Shown: positions 8,489 to 17,310, numbered from the stretch's first letter. The stretch: 20,000 nucleotides of DNA from an uncultured virus (IMG/VR IMGVR_UViG_3300033066_001967) (IMGVR_UViG_3300033066_001967); one strand, 5' to 3'. Program-made: numbers and translations. The notes: generated by a model not told the origin, from the sequence alone.

Positions 8489-8948
8489 CCTCCGTGCCTA
8501 GCACGGCCTCCGCCTCGTCGAGGAGGCCGAGTTCGCCGGCGCTGAAGCCCGCGAGTTCGAGGTTGAAGTCCTCAAGCTCGCTCGCGCCGCGCATGTCCTC
8601 GACGAGCGCGTCGAAGTCCCACCCGAACTCGCTCACCTTGTTGTCGCCGACGCGCGCGGCGCGGACCTGCGCCTCGGTGAGGTGCGCCTGCACCACGACG
8701 GGCACCTTCTCCAGCCCGAGCTTCTGCGCGGCCATCCACCTGCCGTGCCCCTTGATGATGGTGCCCGTCCTGTCGACGACGATGGGCTGGTCGAAGCCCG
8801 TCTCCGCCATGAGGCGGGCGATGTGCATCACCTGCTCCGGCGGGTGCTTCTTCGCGTTGAGCGCGTACGGCTTCACGTCGTACGTCTTCCACACCTCAAT
8901 CTTGGTCGCCACCTTCACGCTCGCCGCGCCTATCGTCTTCTTCGCCAC
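8406..8948 (-). CDS. ParB/Srx N-terminal-domain protein with C-terminal CPRC
   Basis: KPYALNAKKH, GFDQPIVVD, IIKGHGR, ARVGDNK; GGGAGAG RBS before GTG. Confidence 0.88.
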   Translation of the reverse strand: MAKKTIGAASVKVATKIEVWKTYDVKPYALNAKKHPPEQVMHIARLMAETGFDQPIVVDRTGTIIKGHGRWMAAQKLGLEKVPVVVQAHLTEAQVRAARVGDNKVSEFGWDFDALVEDMRGASELEDFNLELAGFSAGELGLLDEAEAVLGTEDEGAKEITEEDLGEGKHECPRCSFRFD

Positions 8949-8972
8949 TTTCTCTCCCTGGTTGGTGGTGCG

Positions 8973-9001
8973 ACGCTACCGAGAACGAGGCCGCGCGTCC
9001 A
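8973..9001 (-). promoter_or_regulatory. Putative leftward promoter for the ParB-vsr-dcm genes
   Basis: Minus strand TGGACG (9001-8996), 17 nt spacer, TAGCGT (8978-8973). Confidence 0.3.
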
Positions 9002-9058
9002 GGTGCGAAAAAGTCGGCGGCGGTGTCCGCCGCGAGGACGCCGGAGGCGCGGAGAGGT

Positions 9059-9172
9059 AGGTACGTGTGGGGGTGGGGTGTAGCCCTTAAGGAGAAAAGG
9101 AAGGGGAGTACAACTACTAATACTTTTCTTTCTCCCTTATGGCGGACACCCCACCCCACCACCTACGTACCT
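9059..9172. repeat. Degenerate ~50 bp inverted repeat with AT-rich centre in the divergent intergenic region
   Basis: AGGTACGT/ACGTACCT, GGGGTGGGGTGT/ACACCCCACCCC, GGAGAAA/TTTCTCC and AGTA/TACT are symmetric around CAACTACTAA (9111-9120). Confidence 0.7.
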
Positions 9173-9328
9173 GTGTCGACCTCGCACGCTCGCGTCAGCT
9201 TCGCAGCGAGCTTGACACGAAATCACTCCCGTGCATCGCGTTGCGACGCGGCGCGCGCACAAAAACGACTCAGGTCCATGTATGAGTGTTGCCTTTCGCT
9301 ACGACCGCCTGTAAAGGTTTCCGCGGCT

Positions 9329-11980
9329 ATGCGACAACTACGAGTTTCCTTCTACAAGAAGACCTCAGCGAAGAAGTGCGTCCCGCACGTGCTCACGTGG
9401 CCGGGCGACGGGCCCGCCGCGCTGACCGAGCCGGCGCGCACGACCGAGGACCGCGAGTCGGTCCCGCTCATCATGGCCGGCACCAACGACGGCGAGCGCG
9501 GCGACGCGCACGTGGTCACGCGCTCCATGGTGGTGATGGACGTGGACTGCAAGCCGGAGAAGGACGAGAGCGAGCAGGCGTGGCGCTCGCGCTCCGGCAA
9601 GCTGCGCGCGGACTTCATGCGCGCGCTGGAGTTCCTCTCCGGCCCCGAGGGCTTCGACCACGCCTGGCACACCACGCACTCGCACACGGACTCGGACCGC
9701 CTCGGGTGGCGCGTCTGGATTCCTCTTTCCGTCGACGTGCCCGCCGCGCAGTTCGCCCGCTGGCGCGACGCCAACCACGCGATGAACGCCAAGGTGTTCA
9801 ACCTGGTCTGCGACACGACCGCCTACAACCCCGAGCGCCTGATGCGCCTCCCCGCGCTCCACCCCGCGCGCGCTGAGGTATACAAGTCCGGCGCGCGCGT
9901 CGGCGACAAGCTGCTGACGTTCGAGGAGCTGGTCGAGTGGTACAAGGCGCTCCCGCCCGAGCAACGCAACAAGACGCGCGGCCAGGCGGCGCGCGACGTG
10001 CCTCGCATCTACTCGCCGGCCATCGGCGAGTTCGCGCTGCCGGCGGCGCTCGTGAGCAAGATGCGCATGCAGTGCGCGCAGGTGGCGCAGGGCAACCAGC
10101 GCCTGAAGGCCGACACGCGCGCTGCGCTGGAGTCGGTCGCCAACGGCGAGTCGCTCAAGCAGGGCATGCGAGACAACGGCCTCATCGGGCTCGTGGGCTT
10201 CTTCGCGCACCGGTTCCTGGAGCATGAGACGCGCCCGCTGCTCGACTCGCTGCTCCTCCCGGTGCTGGAGAAGACGCACGCCGATGCGCCCGACGACCCC
10301 GTCAAGCCCAACATGCCGGACCCGCGCGAGCTGTGCGACTGGGCCATCCAGCAAGTGGAGGGCCGCCGGCAGGACGCGAGCAATCCGCTCGGCCACATGA
10401 ACGTGACTGACGTCGAGGCCGGGTACATCCGCGACTGGACGCAAGGCCAACGCTCGGGCGGCATGAGCGAGCAAGAGTTCCGCATCATCGCCCAGCAGAA
10501 CAACGTCGACGTCGAGACGATGAAGCGCCGCCTGTTCGTGGTCTTCGGGCGCGACACCTACGTGTGGCAGGTCAACGGCTACGGCCCGCGCACCGTCCAC
10601 ATGCGCGAGCTGACGCTGCCCTTCGCCCAAGCGGTGCTCGCGGGCGTTGGCGTCAGCCGCCGGTATCTCGACGAGGCGAAGGCGGAGTTCAAGACGCTGA
10701 GCCTCCAGGACATCATCGCCCGCCACAGCGTCAACGCCGCCGCCGTGCGCGCCTCATACAGAGAGGAGCGCTCGCGCTTCGACGAGAAGACCAGCACCTT
10801 CGTCGAGGCCATGGGCCTGCGCGCGAAGCTGGAGCCCACGCGCTACGACGAGATACACGAGTGGCTGCTCACGCTCGGCGGCGAGAAGCTCGTCGACTGG
10901 GTGAGCTACGTGCCCGACCTCACGCGCGCGCTCTCCATCCTCATGCTCATCATGCCGCGCAACTCGGGCAAGAACCTGCTCGCGCACGGCCTCGCGCGCC
11001 TATGGAAGCGCGGCACGCCGGTCGACGCGGGCGAGGCCATGAGCGACCGCTTCAACGGCGGCCTCGCCGAGACGCCATTCATCTTCGCCGACGAGGAGCT
11101 GCCGCGCATGCGCGGCAAGTCGCTCGGCGCGGAACTCCGGCGCATCGTCTCCAACCCCGACATCACCATCGAGCGCAAGTTCATGCCGGCGGTCAAATGC
11201 GAGGGCTACCTCCGCATGCTCGTAGCAGCCAACGGCGACGCGCCGCTGCGCGGCTTCGCGAGCAACGGCCAGCCCACCGACGCTGACCTCGCTGCCATCG
11301 CCGAGCGCCTGCTCACCATCGAGTGCGACAAGAAGGCCGCCGACTACCTGCTAAAATTCGGGCGCGAGGAGGTCGACTCCTGGCGCAGCGAGGACAAGGT
11401 GGCCAAGCACGCGCTCTGGCTCGCCGCCAACTGGAAGGTGAAGGACCAGGGCCGACGCTTCGTCGTCGAGGGCAACAGCGAGAAGGCGCTCTACAAGCTG
11501 GTGGCCGGCGACGAGCTGACCAGCCAGGTGCTCGACTGGTTCATCAGCTACGGCCTGCACCCGAACAAGAAGACCACGAGCAACGTGCGCAGCGGATTCT
11601 TCGCGCGCGACGGCGAGTTGTACGTATCACTCGGCGTCATCGTCGGCACCTGGTCGGACTTTCGCCCGGCCTACCGCATGGCCAGCACCGAGCCCTTCGT
11701 CAACGCGCTGGAGAGCGTGTGCCACCCGGGCCGCGTGAGCGTGCGCCGCAACAACGAGGTGCGCCAATACTGGCGCGTCAAGTTCGACTACCTGGAGTTC
11801 TACGCCAAGCGCCTCGGGCACGGCAGCGAGAGCGTGCGCCGCGCCATCATGGAGCGCGAGGACGACAGCGCCCAGTTCGTCGCCGACGACGAGCCCGGCG
11901 AGGTCATTAGCATCATGACGCCGCCCAAGCGCGAGCCCGCACAACCACGCCAACGCATCGCATCGACCGAGGAAATCTAG
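9329..11980 (+). CDS. Primase-helicase fusion (AEP primase, PriCT-like region, SF3/D5-like helicase)
   Basis: VMDVD, HTTHSH and WRVWIPL primase motifs; GMRDNGL; P-loop PRNSGKN, FIFADE and VAAN. Start inferred at ATG 9329 because the upstream in-frame region looks non-coding. Confidence 0.82.
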   Translation: MRQLRVSFYKKTSAKKCVPHVLTWPGDGPAALTEPARTTEDRESVPLIMAGTNDGERGDAHVVTRSMVVMDVDCKPEKDESEQAWRSRSGKLRADFMRALEFLSGPEGFDHAWHTTHSHTDSDRLGWRVWIPLSVDVPAAQFARWRDANHAMNAKVFNLVCDTTAYNPERLMRLPALHPARAEVYKSGARVGDKLLTFEELVEWYKALPPEQRNKTRGQAARDVPRIYSPAIGEFALPAALVSKMRMQCAQVAQGNQRLKADTRAALESVANGESLKQGMRDNGLIGLVGFFAHRFLEHETRPLLDSLLLPVLEKTHADAPDDPVKPNMPDPRELCDWAIQQVEGRRQDASNPLGHMNVTDVEAGYIRDWTQGQRSGGMSEQEFRIIAQQNNVDVETMKRRLFVVFGRDTYVWQVNGYGPRTVHMRELTLPFAQAVLAGVGVSRRYLDEAKAEFKTLSLQDIIARHSVNAAAVRASYREERSRFDEKTSTFVEAMGLRAKLEPTRYDEIHEWLLTLGGEKLVDWVSYVPDLTRALSILMLIMPRNSGKNLLAHGLARLWKRGTPVDAGEAMSDRFNGGLAETPFIFADEELPRMRGKSLGAELRRIVSNPDITIERKFMPAVKCEGYLRMLVAANGDAPLRGFASNGQPTDADLAAIAERLLTIECDKKAADYLLKFGREEVDSWRSEDKVAKHALWLAANWKVKDQGRRFVVEGNSEKALYKLVAGDELTSQVLDWFISYGLHPNKKTTSNVRSGFFARDGELYVSLGVIVGTWSDFRPAYRMASTEPFVNALESVCHPGRVSVRRNNEVRQYWRVKFDYLEFYAKRLGHGSESVRRAIMEREDDSAQFVADDEPGEVISIMTPPKREPAQPRQRIASTEEI

Positions 11981-11982
11981 CC

Positions 11983-12327
11983 ATGAACACCGCTTTGCTC
12001 CTTGCTACATCTGCGCTCGCAGGCTTCCTCGTAGGCTTCCTGCTCGCGCGCAACACCTGGCTCACCTTCGAAGGCCGCCAGGCCCGACGCGACCTGCGCA
12101 CCGTCCTCAACCTGCGCTCCGAGCTGGAGCGGCATACGCAGCTCCTGCGTGCGGAGAAGAAGCGCTCCTCGCTCTTGCTGGGGCTGATGCGCACAACGCG
12201 CCGGCAACTGCGAGGACTGCACAGTGTCTCAAACGGTCGCGCGTTCATGGTTGCCGCTGAGAGCTGCGAGAAAGGCGACATTCTTCTTGTGAACATAAAC
12301 GGCACGGTCGGACCGGTGAGCAAATGA
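11983..12327 (+). CDS. Hypothetical protein with N-terminal transmembrane helix
   Basis: ALLLATSALAGFLVGFLLA followed by a basic helical region; ATGA overlap with the next gene. Confidence 0.7.
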   Translation: MNTALLLATSALAGFLVGFLLARNTWLTFEGRQARRDLRTVLNLRSELERHTQLLRAEKKRSSLLLGLMRTTRRQLRGLHSVSNGRAFMVAAESCEKGDILLVNINGTVGPVSK

Positions 12328-13829
12328 ACATGAAAGAGGTCGTCCGCTTGCTGCACGCAGGCGAGGTGCCGCCGAAGCCGCTCAACGGCAAGGGCGAGCG
12401 CTACAGCGCGAGCACCGTGAAGCAAATCGACCCCGCGAGCGGCGGCTGCGAGCGCCGGCACTGGTTCGAGCAAGTGGTCGGCATCGAGCCGCCCGTCGGC
12501 CCCGCGCTGGGCATCGGCACCAAGGTCCACGGCCACATCGAGCGCGCGCTCAAGAAGGGCACGCCGCTCGACCCGAGCCCGAACGCTCCGATGGAGGAGC
12601 GCCTCGCCGCGCGCGGCCTGCCGCACCTGCCGCCGCACGGCACGCCCGGCATGCACGTCGAGCGCGGGTTCACGATGGGCACGTGGCCGGGCGGCCCCGA
12701 GTTCACCGGCACCATCGACCTCATGGTCGAGCCCGAGGGCTGGGCCGACGCCGAGGCGCATGTCCTCGACGAGCGCGTCGAGAGCGCCGAGCTGCTCGAC
12801 CACAAGACCACCGGCAGCTACCAGAAGTACGCGGCCAAGGGCTGGGCGCTGAGCGAGCGCACGCCGGAGAACGAGAAGAGCAAGGCGCGCAAGTTCCTCG
12901 ACGACGACATCCAGAACGTCGCCTACTCCGTGCGCATCCTCCGGTGGTTCGACGTGGAGTTCGTCAAGTCGGGGTGGGTCTACTACTCGAAGGACTTCTC
13001 GCCCATCGTCGTCGTGCGCGCCAAGATGGAGCGCGGCCCGACCGTCGAGAAGTGGAAGGGGCGCATCATCCCGCTCGTCGAGAAGATGCAGCACCAGCAC
13101 AAGCAACGCCCGTCGCTCGCGACGGTGGAAGCAAACGAGGAGGCGTGCGGCAACTATGGTGGTTGCCCGCATCGAGCCTACTGCGTCGATTACAAAGGAA
13201 CAGGAGCACGAACAACAATGGGAAAGCTGAGTCAAAAATTGCTGGACGACGAGGGCGACGCACCGGTGGTGAAGTCGAAGAAGGAGACCAAGGAGGAGGC
13301 TCCGCCGCTCAACCCTCCGGCGAAGGGCGCGAGCCCGTTCGCGTCGATGGACGACAAGCCGTCGAAGAGCGCGAAGAAGGGCTCGCTCGCCGACTCGCTG
13401 GACGACGAACCGGCGGCGACCAAATCCTCGAAGACATCCGAGCCGGCCTCGAAATCCTCCGCAACGCCGACGCCCGAGACTACCGGGTCGAAGAAGCCTA
13501 CGTCCGAGAAGACGGCACCGTCGGGCGCGGGATTCGCCTTGTTTCTCGGGTGCGAGCCAGTCGAAAGTAAACGCCCGCGCGTCTACTTCGCGCGCATCAT
13601 CGAGCCCATCACCGCGCGCGTCGCGGCGGCCCACAAGGTCGAGCACATCGGGCTCGTCAAGTACGACGGCGTCAACCACACCTGCGCGGCGCTCGCCGAG
13701 TGGCTGGAGGAGAACGGCGCCGAACTCGACGGCACCAACGTCGTCGTCGGTCGCTCCAGCTTCCACCAGGACGTCGCCGAGCGCGTCCTCTACACCAAGG
13801 CCATCGCGGTGGCGAAGGCGCTGTCATGA
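12324..13829 (+). CDS. Cas4/RecB-like PD-(D/E)XK exonuclease with long C-terminal extension
   Basis: CERRHW, GTKVH, VE, GTIDL, LDHKT and QNVAY motifs; C-terminal C-x5-CP-x4-C completes a four-cysteine Fe-S-type set. Confidence 0.85.
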   Translation: MNMKEVVRLLHAGEVPPKPLNGKGERYSASTVKQIDPASGGCERRHWFEQVVGIEPPVGPALGIGTKVHGHIERALKKGTPLDPSPNAPMEERLAARGLPHLPPHGTPGMHVERGFTMGTWPGGPEFTGTIDLMVEPEGWADAEAHVLDERVESAELLDHKTTGSYQKYAAKGWALSERTPENEKSKARKFLDDDIQNVAYSVRILRWFDVEFVKSGWVYYSKDFSPIVVVRAKMERGPTVEKWKGRIIPLVEKMQHQHKQRPSLATVEANEEACGNYGGCPHRAYCVDYKGTGARTTMGKLSQKLLDDEGDAPVVKSKKETKEEAPPLNPPAKGASPFASMDDKPSKSAKKGSLADSLDDEPAATKSSKTSEPASKSSATPTPETTGSKKPTSEKTAPSGAGFALFLGCEPVESKRPRVYFARIIEPITARVAAAHKVEHIGLVKYDGVNHTCAALAEWLEENGAELDGTNVVVGRSSFHQDVAERVLYTKAIAVAKALS

Positions 13830-14224
13830 GCAACGGACCCAAGATTGTGAAGCCAGCCAAAGAGATGACGCGCATCGAGGAGCTGGTGCTCCAGCTCACC
13901 AACAAGCACGCGCAGCAACGCGCGGTCGGCGAGTGGCAGGCGCTCATCGAGATTGCGAAGATGGACGGCACCACGGTGCAGGAAGCCTTCGCCACGGTGC
14001 GCGACATCGTCGCTCTCCGCCAGGTGCTCGCGCTCGAAGCCATCGCCGGGGAGCTGCACGGCATCAACCAGGGCGTGATGAACTTCGTGCTCATGACGGA
14101 GATGGCGCAGAATCCGAACGCCGAAGATGACGCCGCACCCGAGTCGACCGACAGCGACGCCGCAGCCGAGGCAGCCGTCGCTGAGACGAAAGAGGACGCG
14201 CGCGGCGCGCAGGTGGAGCCGTGA
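13826..14224 (+). CDS. Hypothetical helical protein with acidic tail
   Basis: ATG 13826 in ATGA overlap (MSNGPKIVKP...); GTGA overlap with the next gene. Confidence 0.75.
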   Translation: MSNGPKIVKPAKEMTRIEELVLQLTNKHAQQRAVGEWQALIEIAKMDGTTVQEAFATVRDIVALRQVLALEAIAGELHGINQGVMNFVLMTEMAQNPNAEDDAAPESTDSDAAAEAAVAETKEDARGAQVEP

Positions 14225-14442
14225 CCGAGGCACAGTTCCAGGCGCGCACCGAAGCGCTCGCGGACATCGTCGTGCACGCCGCCGACGACATCCACGCGCT
14301 GAACAAAGAAACGCCCGACGTGAAAGAGGCGAAGCGATACCTGTCGCTCGCACGCACGGCGGCACAAGAATCCGAGCTGTGGCTCGGCAAGGCCATGGTG
14401 GCCTTCGCCAGCACAATCTCGGTAAACAGCCCCCAGGGCTAG
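14221..14442 (+). CDS. Small helical-hairpin protein, candidate Acb2/Tad1-like nucleotide-signal sponge
   Basis: KRYLSLARTAAQESELWLGKAM resembles the R-x2-SLA-x-T-x2-[EQ]E-x3-W-x2-KA helix recalled for Acb2/Tad1-like proteins; 73 aa. The CDS is more certain than the function. Confidence 0.55.
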   Translation: MTEAQFQARTEALADIVVHAADDIHALNKETPDVKEAKRYLSLARTAAQESELWLGKAMVAFASTISVNSPQG

Positions 14443-14454
14443 GAGATAGGGACC

Positions 14455-14697
14455 ATGTCAGACGTTATTTTGTACAAGAAGCAGAAGGAACAATTGGCCA
14501 AGGCAGCAGGCAAGGTGTTCGAGGCGCAAGCCGCGTTCGCCCAAGTGCTCGCCGGCATCGGCATCAGCCCCGTCGGCACGCCGGTCAAGGCGAGCGAGAC
14601 GGCGGACGTCGCCCCGAAGAAGAAGGCCGGTCGCAAGCCGAAGAAAGAAGGCAAGCAACCGGTGACCAAGAACGGCTCTGCCTTCGCTGAGATGTAA
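14455..14697 (+). CDS. Small basic protein with AT-hook-like tail, putative DNA-binding
   Basis: AGGAG upstream; N-terminal helix followed by PKKKAGRKPKK. Confidence 0.7.
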   Translation: MSDVILYKKQKEQLAKAAGKVFEAQAAFAQVLAGIGISPVGTPVKASETADVAPKKKAGRKPKKEGKQPVTKNGSAFAEM

Positions 14698-16593
14698 ATG
14701 AGCAAGCTCGCCGCGAGACTTCTCGAAGAGGACGGAGGCCTGGAGTCGCTCAACCGCAACTCCAACCTGTCGAAGTCGTTCCGAGAGAAGGGCGTGTTCC
14801 ACTCGGCTGAGTTCGTGCGCGTGCGGGACCTCCCGCGCCGCATCCTGCTCGGCTTGGAGGACAGCGACGAAGCGGACCGCTTCGCCATCGCGGTGAGCAA
14901 CTTCCTCTGGTGGGCGAACGGAGGCACGGGTCCGAGCCCCCTGCCCCTTCGCCCGCTACAGGCGGCCATGCTCGTCGACTGCGCCGAGCACGAGGGCCTC
15001 CTGGCCTCGCTGCCGGTCGGCGCCGGCAAGAGCTGGGTCGCCGGCCTGTTCACGGTCGAGCCGGGCTACGTGCCCCCAGGCCTCAAGCAACGACTCGACG
15101 GCCTCTGGCCGCAAATCGAGTGCGAGCGCCCGGTGCTCGTGCTCCCACCTTCGGTGCGCGATGAGATGGAGCGGGACGTGCTCCCGAACCTGAAGAGCGC
15201 CTACCACATTCACCCGAACTTGAAGCTCGTCAGCTACAGCGAACTGCAACAGGACAAGCGCGCCAAGATACTCCACGAGCTGCGCCCTGACTTCCTTTGC
15301 TTCGACGAGATACACAACCTGAAGAACCTCACCTCCGCGCGCACCAAGCGCGTGAAGGTCTACGTCAAGGCCGAGCCCGAGACCATCGTCTCCGGATTCA
15401 CCGCGACGCTCGCCGACGACTCGCTGCGCGACTTCCACCACATCGTGCTCTGGACGCATCCGCTCGACCCGCCGCTGCCGCGCGGCTGGAAGGAGCTGGA
15501 GGACTGGGCCAACGCGGTCGACGCCGACGTGGACATGATGTCGCGCCTGCCGCCAGGAGCGCTGCTCGAACTATGCCGCCCAGGCGAGTCGCCACGCGAA
15601 GGCCTCCAGCGCCGCATGGCCGAGACGTCGGGATTCGTGCTCGCCACCGAGCCCAGCATCGACGTGCCTATCGTGCTCACCGCGCGCCGCGACGTGGTGC
15701 TGCCTCGCTCGGTCATGGACGCGCTCGCGATGCTCGACGACGCATGGGTGACGCCCGACGGCGAGCCCGTCGCCGACGCCTCGCGCTGGGCCGCGCACTC
15801 GCGCACGCTCGCGCTCGGGTTCTATTACCGCTGGGACTGGAGCCGCATCACACGCGACGGTAAGCCGGACTTCGAGTGGCTGGAGGCCCGGCGCGACTGG
15901 GCCAAGGCCGTCGCCGAGGTGTGCCGCCGAGGCATATTCGCCTTCGACACGGAGTTGCGCGTGCGCAACGGCGCCAAGCGCGGCGAGCTGCCCAAGTCAT
16001 TGCAGGCCTCGACACTCCGCGCGCTGGAGGCATGGGAGGAGCAATCGAAGAAGCCCAAGCCTCCGACGGTCGCCACGTGGCTCACCGAGGACGTGATGAA
16101 CTGGGCGCTGCGCTGGGCCGACGAGCACACCGGCATCGTCTGGTGCGAGCAGACCGCCGTGCAGGAGTGGTTCGCCGCGCGGCGGCCCGAGCGCACCTAC
16201 GTCGCCGGCATGAACGAGGAGCTGCGAACGCTCGCGCGCTCGAAGGCCGCCGGCACCTACAGCATCTTCTGCTCGCGGCCCTCGCACTACCAAGGCAAGA
16301 ACCTGCCCGCTTGGTCGGAGAACCTCGTGCTCACGCCGGGGCCCAACGCGAAGATTTGGGAACAGAAGCTCGGGCGCACGCACCGCTCGGGACAGAAGGC
16401 GAAGGTCGTGCGCTGCGACCTGCTCGCGCACACCTACGTCTCGATACGCTCGATGGCGACTGCGATGAGGCGCGCGCAGTTCATTCGCGAGCAACTCGGC
16501 GCGTCGCAGAAGCTGCTCGTGTGCGAGGCTGTCGGCTGGAACAAAAGCGAAGATTTCGCGTCGGACAGTCTGGACCGAGGGTTCGATAATTGA
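14698..16593 (+). CDS. Superfamily 2 (DExH, SNF2-like) helicase
   Basis: LRPLQ, VGAGKS, FDEIH, TAT, QGKNL and EQKLGRTHRSGQ motifs. Confidence 0.88.
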   Translation: MSKLAARLLEEDGGLESLNRNSNLSKSFREKGVFHSAEFVRVRDLPRRILLGLEDSDEADRFAIAVSNFLWWANGGTGPSPLPLRPLQAAMLVDCAEHEGLLASLPVGAGKSWVAGLFTVEPGYVPPGLKQRLDGLWPQIECERPVLVLPPSVRDEMERDVLPNLKSAYHIHPNLKLVSYSELQQDKRAKILHELRPDFLCFDEIHNLKNLTSARTKRVKVYVKAEPETIVSGFTATLADDSLRDFHHIVLWTHPLDPPLPRGWKELEDWANAVDADVDMMSRLPPGALLELCRPGESPREGLQRRMAETSGFVLATEPSIDVPIVLTARRDVVLPRSVMDALAMLDDAWVTPDGEPVADASRWAAHSRTLALGFYYRWDWSRITRDGKPDFEWLEARRDWAKAVAEVCRRGIFAFDTELRVRNGAKRGELPKSLQASTLRALEAWEEQSKKPKPPTVATWLTEDVMNWALRWADEHTGIVWCEQTAVQEWFAARRPERTYVAGMNEELRTLARSKAAGTYSIFCSRPSHYQGKNLPAWSENLVLTPGPNAKIWEQKLGRTHRSGQKAKVVRCDLLAHTYVSIRSMATAMRRAQFIREQLGASQKLLVCEAVGWNKSEDFASDSLDRGFDN

Positions 16594-16662
16594 TAGCTAC
16601 TACTGCGCGCGCTGCATGGTGCAGCACCGCAGAACAGCAACACGGACATGGAGAAGAACACG

Positions 16663-17157
16663 ATGGGCGTTTGGGACAAAATCGAAGAAGAGGACATGAG
16701 CGGTTCGGGCAACGGCATTTATTTTGTGCCGGGCAAGTACCCGAAGCTTCGCTTGAAGGAGTCGAAGTTCAAGTCGTCCGAGGAGACCTACAAGAAGAGC
16801 GACGTCGTCATCTTCATCCTCGAAGTGCTTGAGAGCGAAGTGCCCGACCGCAAGCCCGGCAGCGAAATTGAGTACATCATCAAAGAGCGCAAGAAGGACG
16901 GCAAGCCGAACACGTTCTACCTGAAGAACATCAAGAAGTTCCTCATGGCGGTCTTCGGCACAGACGACCACACCGACATCGACGGCAAGGTGATGGACAT
17001 GGTGCTCGGCCCGAAGCAGAAGGGCTGCGGCGCGCTGCTCAGCGCGGTCGCCACCAACATCAAAATCGGCGAAGCTCAAACCGATTTCACGCAGGTGGAG
17101 TTCAAAAAGTACGAGGAAGCTGGTAAGGCTGCCTCTTCGGCTCGGGCAGAAGCGTAG
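16663..17157 (+). CDS. Putative single-stranded DNA-binding protein (alternative start 16648)
   Basis: YFVPGKY...IFILEVLES beta-rich pattern; position between helicase and polymerase; GGAG 9 nt before ATG 16663. Function is inferred. Confidence 0.55.
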   Translation: MGVWDKIEEEDMSGSGNGIYFVPGKYPKLRLKESKFKSSEETYKKSDVVIFILEVLESEVPDRKPGSEIEYIIKERKKDGKPNTFYLKNIKKFLMAVFGTDDHTDIDGKVMDMVLGPKQKGCGALLSAVATNIKIGEAQTDFTQVEFKKYEEAGKAASSARAEA

Positions 17158-17159
17158 GA

Positions 17160-17310
17160 TTCCCTTCTCCGCTACCCGGCCAGACCGCCGCGCGCTCGCA
17201 TAGCCAGCAACGCGCGGCGGTCCTTGGCCGGTCCGATTTCAGCATCGGCATCTACGTTCGTCTCACCCCCGACGAACGTAGATGCGGCTGATGAAGCCGG
17301 GAGAAGGGAA
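17160..17310 (+). ncRNA. Candidate structured RNA (three-stem junction), cis-regulatory or standalone
   Basis: Closing stem 17160-17170/17300-17310; arm A 17176-17194/17211-17231; arm B perfect 15 bp 17248-17262/17271-17285. Confidence 0.6.

Noticed and set aside
9212..9240. Perfect TTGACA at 9212-9217 as a rightward promoter
   Set aside because: No convincing -10 hexamer at 16-18 nt spacing.
9023..9328. N-terminal 102 aa extension of the primase ORF
   Set aside because: Runs through the inverted repeat and low-GC intergenic sequence with non-coding character.
12324..13829. Cas4-like gene as evidence for a CRISPR-Cas system
   Set aside because: No repeat-spacer array or other cas genes; stand-alone Cas4-like nucleases are common in phage replication modules.
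17160..17310. tRNA or intrinsic terminator reading of the structured gap
   Set aside because: No cloverleaf or correctly placed T-loop, and no U-tract after either hairpin.
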